Source: an uncultured Flavobacteriales bacterium (lineage in GTDB: Bacteria; Bacteroidota; Bacteroidia; Flavobacteriales_D; CAJJDF01). From it: 64,000 bases of DNA. Under the pieces are notes generated by a model. The model was given only the letters and a program-made list of their open reading frames with translations. It did no database searches and was not told the DNA's origin. Both the position numbers and the translations under genes were made by a program. Every line of letters starts with the position of its first letter. The first letter of the stretch is position 1. This document shows, in pieces, positions 53,401-61,388 of the stretch. The stretch covers positions 1,021 through 65,020 of the forward strand of contig CAKZNB010000005.1 of assembly GCA_937129365.1 (NCBI GenBank), in the 5' to 3' direction.

Positions 53401-54631
53401 TAGAATAAGTTTGGTGAAAGGCTACATAAATCTTTTGATTAGTGTATGCTGATAAAGCAACGATATGCTCAACCCAACTAGTATTAGAACAATCTATTGT
53501 AGTAATAGAATCAGTAAAATCAGCAATTGCTGTTCCTGTGGTTGAAACTCTTACTGTGTAGGTATTATTTCTTGTTGCAGATTCAACAATATCCCAGAAA
53601 CGCAATCTAATTGGATCAGCTCCAATAGTAAATTGTGGAGTAATTAAATAATCATCATTATTACCCATACCATGTGCCGTCCAAGATCCTGACCTTGCAG
53701 TAATGTATGTACTAGACTGAGACCATGTTGGTCCTCCATCGTTATTAATAACTTTCCAACAATCCCAAACTCCAGCAGTTAATGTACCATCAAAATTTTC
53801 GGTGTATGGAAATGTGCTTACTGATAAACAAGGAGTTGTAAATGTAAATGGTCCAGATATAACACTAGTATCTCCAATTGCACATAACACTCTAAAATAA
53901 ACATCATAAGTTGTGTTGGCAGTAAGTCCAGCTATTGTATCTGAAGATGCAGAGGTCAATCCCTGAGTTCCTGTTCCTAAAGTGAAACCAGTTGGTCCAT
54001 ATTCGTATCCATATCCTAAAGGAGTTCCTGAATAAGTCCAAGACATTATTGCAGAATCAGCAGATGGAGTTGAAATATTAACTGTATTAAGTTTAGGACA
54101 ACTAGGAACAAAAACTTTTGGTCCTTCTAAACTATCTATATATAGATAATATTCATAGTTAGCAGTATATCTAATTGAAATGTATTTTGTTCCAGAAGGT
54201 ACAACTTCAACATGCTTTTGCCAACCAGTTGTTGTAGCATTGGTTACTGTAGTTCCATATGTAAAACTTGCTAAAGCACTGTCTGTAGAAGAAACACCCA
54301 CAGCAAAAGGTTCAGTACCAAATGTTGACGATTTTCTGTAATAGAAAGTAACACTATCAGCAGCAGTAACATCCAAAAGCGGACTAATTAAATATTGATC
54401 ATATGGAGAACCTGAAGAAAATGAACTAAATCTAAATGATCTTGATCCAGCATATGCCTGGTCAGTTGAATGAGTCATTATGTTTCCAGATGCTGGAGTT
54501 GCGTTTGCGTATTCTAATCTCCAATCAATTGCTGGAGGAGTTGAGCTTTCAAAACTTTCTGATAACCTTTGAGAATAGGTTAAAGATGTTATCAAAAACA
54601 GCGATAACAATACAATGTAATTTTTCTTCAT
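50477..54631 (-). CDS. Giant T9SS-sorted surface protein: four alternating beta-sandwich (MAM / choice-of-anchor-J-like) and Fn3-like pairs, ~6 GCDS modules, and a type A sorting domain
   Basis: The start is set at the ATG at 54631 (MKKNYIVLLSLFLITSLTYS signal peptide). Fn3-like blocks recur (W......Y.VEYG..GFT.G.G......T...L.GL...T.Y..YV...C). The C-terminal ~290 aa are paralogous to 46867..50337. C-terminus: IFPNPANDIVTI...GIYSVSV. Confidence 0.85.
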   Translation of the reverse strand: MKKNYIVLLSLFLITSLTYSQRLSESFESSTPPAIDWRLEYANATPASGNIMTHSTDQAYAGSRSFRFSSFSSGSPYDQYLISPLLDVTAADSVTFYYRKSSTFGTEPFAVGVSSTDSALASFTYGTTVTNATTTGWQKHVEVVPSGTKYISIRYTANYEYYLYIDSLEGPKVFVPSCPKLNTVNISTPSADSAIMSWTYSGTPLGYGYEYGPTGFTLGTGTQGLTSASSDTIAGLTANTTYDVYFRVLCAIGDTSVISGPFTFTTPCLSVSTFPYTENFDGTLTAGVWDCWKVINNDGGPTWSQSSTYITARSGSWTAHGMGNNDDYLITPQFTIGADPIRLRFWDIVESATRNNTYTVRVSTTGTAIADFTDSITTIDCSNTSWVEHIVALSAYTNQKIYVAFHQTYSTSSSWGFGIDDFKAEKIPNCPEPSNTSLGAHAITATTASINWTEAGTATSWRVEIGAPGFTLGTGTSTIESNDTVPLTGLSPFTTYEFYVTAICTPTDSSPWAGPYSFTTLCNDTNLGPWMDDVEGHPSTNTITGIANCWSGTKTGSSFEWEITNSGTTGSSFTGALSANSGTNFFYTEASGAGTSDTTTLISPSIDLTSLTTPFLEFYYHMFGNQIGSVSVEVFDGTTWSNELTITGAQQATQASPWNQQFVDLSSYSGIIQLRFVAVSNGSYEGDICLDDIAVIESPTCFTPSMAMANGTINDSTTASWTQQFGTPTKYYIEYGATGFTPGAGTLDSTTTTTKGLGGLTASTTYDYYVRAYCGVGDTTAWVGPITFTTQCNPDVPTYSQDFATYTPTCWEEANGFLTTSSNVVSGNSDWKADGFANVGSTGAVSMNIWSTGKNDWIISNPIDLGDGSVPYQVEFDAALTDYASTSSDAMGSDDTLAFVISTDFGQTWTSANILRNYVSGDEPTNAGSREFIDLSAYTGVVKFGFYAASTVSNADYDVHIDNFLVTNLCVPSTISYTDTACGTYVSPSGKIWNMPGTYNDTLQKVRGCDSILVITLVVNNTTATVSPTVCDSMVAPSGKTFYTTGMYMDTISNSIGCDSIITINLTVNNAISVTNTVTACDSYTLPDGYVTPISGTFKDTVPTSLGCDSIITSIVTINYTTSSSISVAACGTYTSPSGKVWSTSGSRFDTIPNASGCDSLMTISLSISPVTSETRTISSCFSYTVPETGSVYTTSGTYTDVTTNTYGCNHTITTVLTINSANAGTVSVSGITLTSSVTGVSYKWVDCNNDYSYLLGETGQSFTPFRNGNYAVEVETTDGCKDTSACTMIMSVSLDEYEVSASDISIFPNPANDIVTIDIAKLNADENVTVKLFDAVGKLVYSKEISSLNSKVTFDVSSLEAGIYSVSVSNEFFVTTKKVTVIN

Positions 54632-54792
54632 GTTTATTTTTTTAATTAATATTTTTTGTAAAAGACACAACATATCCATTACAGTTTGTTAAATTAATAA
54701 TTCTTGTGAGTTAACTTAATAGTAAGAAGTATTAAAGTTTTGAACAAAATAAGTAAAATTGTTGGTAACTACAAATTGGATATAAAATTAAA

Positions 54793-55818
54793 TCACCTAA
54801 CTAACTGAGGTATAATAGACGAAGTAACCTTGTTAATCTTTAAACCATCATTGTTAAAAATGTTAATATCTCCAGATTGATTGTAATTTTTTGCGTCAGT
54901 TGCATAAATTATTCCTTGAATAACAGATAACCCATAAAAATTCTCCGTTGTTTTTTGGAAAAAGAGAATTGGATTAAATGAACTTGTATCATTGGTGACT
55001 TTATAAACTGAAGAATTAATAAAATATAATTCATCCTTTACATCATCATAACATAACCTTGATGGATTATCAGAATAAGAAGGAAATGTGTAAGAAAAAT
55101 CTATTGAATCTCTCAATACATTCATTCTTTGTAATTTAGGTTTTTCAATAGTTCCTTTTCCAGAAGATAATACCCATAAATTATTATTATCCAAAATCAT
55201 ACTATTAGGATTAGTTCCGACTTGAATACTATCTTCTTTTATTAATGAAATTGGATTTATTTCATAAATGTAATTTGGTCCAGAATTACTGAGATAATCT
55301 CCTCTATCCATTACATATAATCTATTTTGATATAATACAATATGCTCTGTCCAACCTTGAGTTGGGATTTGATTGGTTATTTGATAATTCAATAAGTTAA
55401 CCACATACACTGCTTTTTGTTTCAAATCGGTAACAAATGCTTTGTTACCATAAAACTCGATGTAGCGTGGACTATTGAAACCAGGAATCTCTGTTATCAA
55501 TTTTAGGTTAGTATCTGTAACCACAACTTTACCAGAGTTGTTTACAACAAAATATAATCTGTCTTGGTATCGATTCACAGATTGTAATACATCTCCTATC
55601 CCAACTCCATTTGCAGCTCGATATTGATTATTTGCTATCTCACCAGTGCTTGGGTTGTAAATTGAAACTGAAGCATTACCAAATCCAAAATTCCCCTCAT
55701 TGATGACAATTAACTTTCCCGAACCTTTTTCATCAGGATTTACTGATTGCGGACCAATTTCCTTTTTACAGCCAAAAAGCAATAAAATTATACCTATATA
55801 TATATGTATGTTTTTCAT
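54793..55818 (-). CDS. Beta-propeller-like surface lipoprotein, last gene of the B12-riboswitch operon (BtuG/DUF5074-like by pattern)
   Basis: Lipobox (LLLFGC). N-terminal block LIVINEGNFGFGNASVSIYNP. Repeated ~45-aa strands. Its ATG overlaps the receptor stop (ATGA). Confidence 0.65.
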   Translation of the reverse strand: MKNIHIYIGIILLLFGCKKEIGPQSVNPDEKGSGKLIVINEGNFGFGNASVSIYNPSTGEIANNQYRAANGVGIGDVLQSVNRYQDRLYFVVNNSGKVVVTDTNLKLITEIPGFNSPRYIEFYGNKAFVTDLKQKAVYVVNLLNYQITNQIPTQGWTEHIVLYQNRLYVMDRGDYLSNSGPNYIYEINPISLIKEDSIQVGTNPNSMILDNNNLWVLSSGKGTIEKPKLQRMNVLRDSIDFSYTFPSYSDNPSRLCYDDVKDELYFINSSVYKVTNDTSSFNPILFFQKTTENFYGLSVIQGIIYATDAKNYNQSGDINIFNNDGLKINKVTSSIIPQLVR

Positions 55819-57725
55819 CAGAATGATAAAGTTACATTAATTGAATAATTTCTTCCAGGAATCGGTCTATTTGCAACTACTTGATAGGGTTCATTGAATA
55901 CATTTTTTATCCTTCCTCCTATTTTGTAGTTAATGTTTTTCAGCTTATTAGAATAACTTAACCCAGTATTTGCAGGGAAATAATGAGGCAAATAAGTTGA
56001 GTTGCTTTCATCTATAAATACTTTGCCGTTGTATATTTGAGAATAAAACGCAGTGAATTTGTTTCTCGAATAAGAGAAATACGCGTTTGCCTTATGAGTA
56101 GGAATGTAAACTGGGATTCTATTCGCTCGTTCATCATCTTCAATAAGAAAGTCTTTGTTTCGAGAATGAGTGTAAGTATAAAACAGTTTTGTTTTAATAT
56201 TGGTTTTTTTTGAATAATATTGCCAATCAATTTGGGCTTCAACACCTTTATTTTCAATTTGTTTCACATTGGTTGGCGACCAATAACCAAAATCCGTAGG
56301 AACCCATTGAATCCAGTTTTCGGTTTGGTTAATAAACGTACTTAAGGAATAAGTAGATTCAATTAAATATCCTCTTCCATCTTTAGCTTTAGTTTTACTT
56401 CCGGAGTTAAGGACTAATCCAAATTCACCACTCCACCCATTTTCAGGCAACAAATCCACATTTCCCCCCTCAGCCCAATACAAATCATTGAGAGTGGGAA
56501 CTCTGTAATTGCTAGAAATATTTCCTTTTAGTTTTATCCAATTTTTAAAGGGATTATAAACAAATCCTCCTCCAAAAACGAATGGAGAAAAATCATCATC
56601 AATCAATTCTTGCCTTCCAAATACTTCGTAATATCCTTTATTCAAAGTTTTAGATATTTTCACATAAGCTCCTGCCTCATTTCTTGTTTTCAATTCTTCA
56701 AATCCAGTTGAATTTGCTTCGGCATAAGAATTCTGAAGAGAAGTTTCCACATCAAAAGCCTTGAATAACTTAAAACTCATTCTGTGCTGGGCTTGATATG
56801 TTTTGACTGATACTTCTGAGAAAATTGACGAAACACTATCTGTAAAATTCAACTTCTCATTAAAAAAAGAAACTCTAAAATCAGACTTAAATTTCTTTTG
56901 GTAAGACTTCCAACTTATAAAACTTCTTATCGCTTTATCTTCTTGAGTTTCTTGGTTGGAAACTCCTCCTATTATGGGTGGAATTTCTCTCCAACTATCA
57001 AAATATACAGCAGTTGCTTGAATGATATTATTCTCATTAATTATATACCCAAATTCGTATTGTCCTCCCCATTGCCAGAGTTTATTATTTATTTGATTAT
57101 CAACAGGATTATTAAGCTTACTGGAGTTAGGAAAAGAAAAATTATTCTCGCCTTTTTTAGTTAAAAATTTGAATTGTTGATATAGTTTTTTTGTCCCAAA
57201 TGAAAGTTGATAACGCGAGGTAGAATTCAAGAAACTTCCAAATTGTTTTTCATAACTTCCGTGTAATCCTTTTTTCCAGTTCAGTTTGTTAGATAAATCC
57301 AAGCTACCTCCTATTCCACCACTACCATTCACTGAACTTCCTCCCGAATAATTCAATTCCAGCTCTGAAATAAAAAAACTTGGAATCAAAGATAAATCGG
57401 TTTGCCCCAAAGTGGGAGAATTCATCTTAAACCCATTCCAAAATAATTGTGTTTGGGAAGCTCCATTTCCTCTGATAGAAAGTGTTGCCAATTGCCCTTG
57501 TCCATAATTTTTGAGGTAAACTGGAGAGTTTTGTTCCAGTAATTCATCCAGGCTAGAAAAATTGGAAGAATCAACAGTAATTTCAATACTTGAAAAGGAT
57601 TGAAGCGAAGTCAACATTTCTTCTTTGGCAAATATTTTGAGCGTATCTGTTCTTTGAGAAAATCCAATAGAAACTGAAAACACTAAGAGGGATAAACCAC
57701 TATTTTTTAACCACTTTCCTAACAT
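55818..57725 (-). CDS. btuB: TonB-dependent outer-membrane receptor, BtuB-like by size and context
   Basis: Signal peptide, a plug domain (LATLSIRGNGASQTQLFWNGFKMNSP), a ~22-strand-sized barrel and a terminal aromatic residue (LSF). It lies downstream of a cobalamin riboswitch. Confidence 0.75.
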   Translation of the reverse strand: MLGKWLKNSGLSLLVFSVSIGFSQRTDTLKIFAKEEMLTSLQSFSSIEITVDSSNFSSLDELLEQNSPVYLKNYGQGQLATLSIRGNGASQTQLFWNGFKMNSPTLGQTDLSLIPSFFISELELNYSGGSSVNGSGGIGGSLDLSNKLNWKKGLHGSYEKQFGSFLNSTSRYQLSFGTKKLYQQFKFLTKKGENNFSFPNSSKLNNPVDNQINNKLWQWGGQYEFGYIINENNIIQATAVYFDSWREIPPIIGGVSNQETQEDKAIRSFISWKSYQKKFKSDFRVSFFNEKLNFTDSVSSIFSEVSVKTYQAQHRMSFKLFKAFDVETSLQNSYAEANSTGFEELKTRNEAGAYVKISKTLNKGYYEVFGRQELIDDDFSPFVFGGGFVYNPFKNWIKLKGNISSNYRVPTLNDLYWAEGGNVDLLPENGWSGEFGLVLNSGSKTKAKDGRGYLIESTYSLSTFINQTENWIQWVPTDFGYWSPTNVKQIENKGVEAQIDWQYYSKKTNIKTKLFYTYTHSRNKDFLIEDDERANRIPVYIPTHKANAYFSYSRNKFTAFYSQIYNGKVFIDESNSTYLPHYFPANTGLSYSNKLKNINYKIGGRIKNVFNEPYQVVANRPIPGRNYSINVTLSF

Positions 57726-58665
57726 ACGTTTGGTTTTTGGTGGTTATTCTCACAATATAAATTCCTGAAGGTAAATTTCTTACATCAATTTCATTTGAAA
57801 CCGAAAAGAAAGTAGTTTTGCCAGAAATATCTATGCATTGAATGGATTCAATAGGAGAATCTATTTTAATATTCAAAACATTTTGAACTGGATTTGGATA
57901 AATTGTTAGTTCATTTTCAACTTCCTCTTTCAAAGTATTGATGCCATTTACATGAATAAGACCAACTGCATCCAAATCAAAACCTGAACTAGCAAAAGGA
58001 GTTGGCCAAGGATCATTGATTACTTTACCCGAAGAATCTTTTGTAGAAAAAGGTTCATTAATATTACCCACCACATCAATAATTCGGATATGAGTAATCG
58101 CAAATTTATTGAGCAACGAAGTATCTGGCAACTCACTCAAATCAAAAGGAGTTCCATAATTTACTTGGTACTTTCCAGCCAAATTATAGATTTCAGTAGC
58201 ATCCACAGCTCCAAAAGTTCCAATCTGATTGGTGTCTTGAGTTTCAGTTACAGCAGGAAATCGAAAATAATCAACCCCATTGGAACTTACTTCCACAAAA
58301 GCTAATTCCAAAAAAGTAGCAGAAAATCCATTCTCAAAAACTGCAAAATCTGGTCCAGGTCCATTAAATATTACTTGATATAAATTTAAAATTGCTTCTC
58401 CTCCATCTCCTAAACTCACAACTACACCATCTGCTCTGCCAAACGCATCTGAACTATCTCCTTGAGAAGCTTTGCCCAAAGAAGGACTATCAATTTGTTG
58501 AAAACCCCTTCTTACAGAACAATCCGTTGCCCAAGCTACAAAAGTATTGCTATCCTTATGCATTGCTGTTGTTCCAATTTGACCAACGGCAGGTGCAAAA
58601 CTTCCTTGTCCCATAGAGAAATGAGACAAGAAAAATAAAATTAATATTTGAAAAATTTTACTCAA
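57700..58665 (-). CDS. T9SS-sorted secreted protein of unknown function in the B12 operon. TTG start.
   Basis: Signal peptide (kept only with the TTG at 58665). Conserved-looking core: GDGGEAILNL...GPGPDFAVFENGF...ELAFVEVSSNGVDYFRF. Type A sorting domain: IYPNPVQNVLNI...GIYIVRI. Confidence 0.7.
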   Translation of the reverse strand: MSKIFQILILFFLSHFSMGQGSFAPAVGQIGTTAMHKDSNTFVAWATDCSVRRGFQQIDSPSLGKASQGDSSDAFGRADGVVVSLGDGGEAILNLYQVIFNGPGPDFAVFENGFSATFLELAFVEVSSNGVDYFRFPAVTETQDTNQIGTFGAVDATEIYNLAGKYQVNYGTPFDLSELPDTSLLNKFAITHIRIIDVVGNINEPFSTKDSSGKVINDPWPTPFASSGFDLDAVGLIHVNGINTLKEEVENELTIYPNPVQNVLNIKIDSPIESIQCIDISGKTTFFSVSNEIDVRNLPSGIYIVRITTKNQTYVRKVVKK

Positions 58666-59649
58666 TTATTGTTTGATGATTTTTTTGGTAATTACTTTAT
58701 TGTCAATTGTTATTGTTAGAAAATATACTCCATTATTCTGGTTTGACAAATCTAAATTCAACGAGTTAACTCCATTAACAGAAGAGCTTATAACCTCTCT
58801 TCCGGTAATATCAATTAATTTGTAAGAAGCGTTATTAATTATTTCATCAAACTGAACATTAAGCTTGTTTTTAGTAGGATTCGGGAACACAGAAATTGAG
58901 TTTTCCGAAAGTTCATTTATTGAAAGTACTCCTTGATATTCAAAATTATCCATACAAAAATACTTGGGTGTATTCATGCCCCAAGTTCCTACATCAGAAG
59001 AACTCATCTTGAATTTTAAGCTTCTAGTATTTCTATTTAAACTAGATAAATCTACATAAGTCCAATCTTTAAGAATGTAATCCGAAGAATCTGGCCCACT
59101 GAAATCTGCTAAATAAAATTCTACAGAATCGGAATAATCTCCATAAATTGTCAATTTAAACCAATCGTTTCCATTTGTCCCATCATTAATTCCCGCTGCA
59201 TTTAAAGTATCTCCAAATTTTTTGGCGAACGAATCGCCATTTTTCATAGACAGATAGGCATAAGTAGAGTTATTAATCCAAAATCCAGAAATAAATACAG
59301 CACTAGTTGGAACTACCAAAGCTGTATCGTTATTTGGTGTAAACACCGCATAAGTTTGACTTGAATTGTATCCTTCTCCAGCTATACAACTATATTGATT
59401 ACCAGAACCAGCAATTGAGTCATTTCTCATGGTTGAATAAGAAGCTCCAGCTGACCAAAAACCTCCCCAAGCTGTATCATATATATTCCTAAAAACAACT
59501 GTATTTGATGTGAATTGACCAGTTTGGTCTACACCATTCCAAAATGTGTCAACGGCAAGACTTAAGTCTTCAAAATCAGTATTATAGGTTTGAGAATAAG
59601 CAGAGAGCGAGAAAAATATCCCTAAGATTAAAATGTAGTTTTTTTTCAT
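58666..59649 (-). CDS. T9SS-sorted secreted protein, first gene after the cobalamin riboswitch (possibly DUF4465/BtuH-like)
   Basis: Signal peptide. A ~230-aa N-terminal domain (FWNG...WGGFWSAGASYS...WFKLTIYG). Type A sorting domain: VFPNPTKNKLNV...GVYFLTI. Confidence 0.7.
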   Translation of the reverse strand: MKKNYILILGIFFSLSAYSQTYNTDFEDLSLAVDTFWNGVDQTGQFTSNTVVFRNIYDTAWGGFWSAGASYSTMRNDSIAGSGNQYSCIAGEGYNSSQTYAVFTPNNDTALVVPTSAVFISGFWINNSTYAYLSMKNGDSFAKKFGDTLNAAGINDGTNGNDWFKLTIYGDYSDSVEFYLADFSGPDSSDYILKDWTYVDLSSLNRNTRSLKFKMSSSDVGTWGMNTPKYFCMDNFEYQGVLSINELSENSISVFPNPTKNKLNVQFDEIINNASYKLIDITGREVISSSVNGVNSLNLDLSNQNNGVYFLTITIDNKVITKKIIKQ

Positions 59650-59779
59650 GTGTTGTATTTATTATTAGTTGTTTATATCTCTAATTAATAAATACTATTT
59701 GCGAAAAATGCAGATGAGAATACTTCTCACAAAGAGAAGAAATAATCACTTGTTTTTATCCCGAAAACAGTACTTATAG

Positions 59780-59945
59780 TGTAAATTGGCAGGTCTCCTG
59801 ACTTACTTCATTACTTGTTTTCCTTCCCATCCCAATCATTTGAAACAGTGGTAATAAAACAAGCTTTACAAAGCTTACAGTTGCGGGAACAGTCTAGGTT
59901 TTTCACCTAATTCCCTTTTAATCTCGATTTCTCGAAAACCAAATA
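59780..59945 (-). promoter_or_regulatory. Cobalamin (B12) riboswitch
   Basis: The minus-strand RNA contains the conserved core GGGAAUUAGGUGAAAAACCUAGACUGUUCCCGCAACUGUAAGC (reverse complement of 59873..59915), then CCACUG and GGGAAGG. The B12 box AGUCAGGAGACCUGCC is the reverse complement of 59788..59803. Confidence 0.9.
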
Positions 59946-59950
59946 CTATG

Positions 59951-59958
59951 CAAATATA
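59951..59958 (-). promoter_or_regulatory. Candidate -7 promoter box (TATATTTG) for the riboswitch operon
   Basis: The minus strand matches TAnnTTTG immediately upstream of the riboswitch 5' end. Confidence 0.4.
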
Positions 59959-60029
59959 ACACTATTTTAGTCTTAATAACTAATGAAAGTTATTTAGTTC
60001 AAGAGCAACTTGTAACAATATATTTATCC

Positions 60030-60037
60030 TATTTTTG
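60030..60037 (+). promoter_or_regulatory. Candidate -7 promoter box (TATTTTTG)
   Basis: Matches TAnnTTTG 18 nt upstream of the ATG at 60055. Confidence 0.3.
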
Positions 60038-60054
60038 TTAGAATTCTAATAATT

Positions 60055-61386
60055 ATGAAAAAAATTCTCCTCATCCCATTTATACTTTCCGTTTGGATGT
60101 GTTCTACCACTTCACCTTCAAATAGTAATACATCCAATAATGAGGATACAATTGAAGATGAAATAGATGCAGTAGAAAAACCGATTGAAAATAAAATATA
60201 TGATAAGAATATAAAAACAATTTGGGCACACAAAAAAGGGTGGAATTTAAGCAACCCAGCTATGGAATTGAGTGCTGGAGATGTTATGAATTTTTCTTTC
60301 GATTTATTGGGTTCCGATTTGGGGGATTATTATTACACCATCGTTCACTGTGATGCAGGGTGGAAAAAATCAGATCTAATTCAATCTCAATACATAAAAG
60401 GCTTCTTTCAAGACTTTATTCAAAGTTTTAAATTTTCCTTTAATACCTATAAAAACTTTATTCATTATGAAGTAGATATTCCTAACAAGAATATGCAAAT
60501 AAAATTGACAGGTAACTATATTTTTAAAGTGTTCAAGGACAATGACCCTGAACAAGTAGTATTCACAAAAAGATTTCAAGTATATGACAATAAAGTTATT
60601 ACGAGAGCTAAATCTAATAGACCTAGTACTATTAAAAACAGAAACTACAAGCAAGAAATTGATTTTGAACTTGACCTAAAAGATTTAGTTATTCCAGACA
60701 TTAATAGAGATTTGAAAGTAATTGTGCAGCAAAATAACAGATGGGATAATGCAAAGTACAACTTAAGACCTCTATTTATAAGGGGTAATAAACTTATTTA
60801 TGATTATGATAATGGAAGCAATGTATTTGACGGAGGAAATGAATACCGTTTTCTAGACACAAGAAACATGCGTTTTAGAGGACAAAAAGTACAACAAATA
60901 ACATTAGAAAACAGACAAACAAGTGTGTATTTATTTGCTGAAGAAAAAAGAAGATTTAAAAACTACATTTTTTATGAAGATATAGATGGTAAGTTTTATA
61001 TCAGAAATCAATTTGGTGTTAATCAAGCTCTTGAGGCAGATTATATACAAACTAATTTTGCTCTCAATTACCCTCAAAAAATTGAAAACGGAGAGGTTTA
61101 TGTATTTGGCGGAATGAGTGATAATGAATTTAGAGAAGAATTTAAAATGACTTACAATGTATTAGCTAAACAATATGAAGCCAATGTATTATTAAAACAA
61201 GGCTATTATGATTATATGTATGTATTAAAAAAGAAACACGATTTTGTAGCAGATGTTCCAATATTTGAAGGGGATCATTTTGAAGCTGAAAATATGTACT
61301 CAATTACTACATATTTCAGTGACCCAATATGTAACTGTGACAAAATAATTGGCTATTATACTTTTAAAAGTAATTTACCTCAGTAA
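60055..61386 (+). CDS. Lipoprotein, possibly of the T9SS plug-protein family (DUF5103-like)
   Basis: Lipobox (SVWMC). The size (~440 aa) and N-terminal pattern (NIKTIWAHKKGWNLSNPAMELSAGDVMNFSFDLLG) recall DUF5103. This assignment is from memory only. Confidence 0.45.
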   Translation: MKKILLIPFILSVWMCSTTSPSNSNTSNNEDTIEDEIDAVEKPIENKIYDKNIKTIWAHKKGWNLSNPAMELSAGDVMNFSFDLLGSDLGDYYYTIVHCDAGWKKSDLIQSQYIKGFFQDFIQSFKFSFNTYKNFIHYEVDIPNKNMQIKLTGNYIFKVFKDNDPEQVVFTKRFQVYDNKVITRAKSNRPSTIKNRNYKQEIDFELDLKDLVIPDINRDLKVIVQQNNRWDNAKYNLRPLFIRGNKLIYDYDNGSNVFDGGNEYRFLDTRNMRFRGQKVQQITLENRQTSVYLFAEEKRRFKNYIFYEDIDGKFYIRNQFGVNQALEADYIQTNFALNYPQKIENGEVYVFGGMSDNEFREEFKMTYNVLAKQYEANVLLKQGYYDYMYVLKKKHDFVADVPIFEGDHFEAENMYSITTYFSDPICNCDKIIGYYTFKSNLPQ

Positions 61387-61388
61387 TT

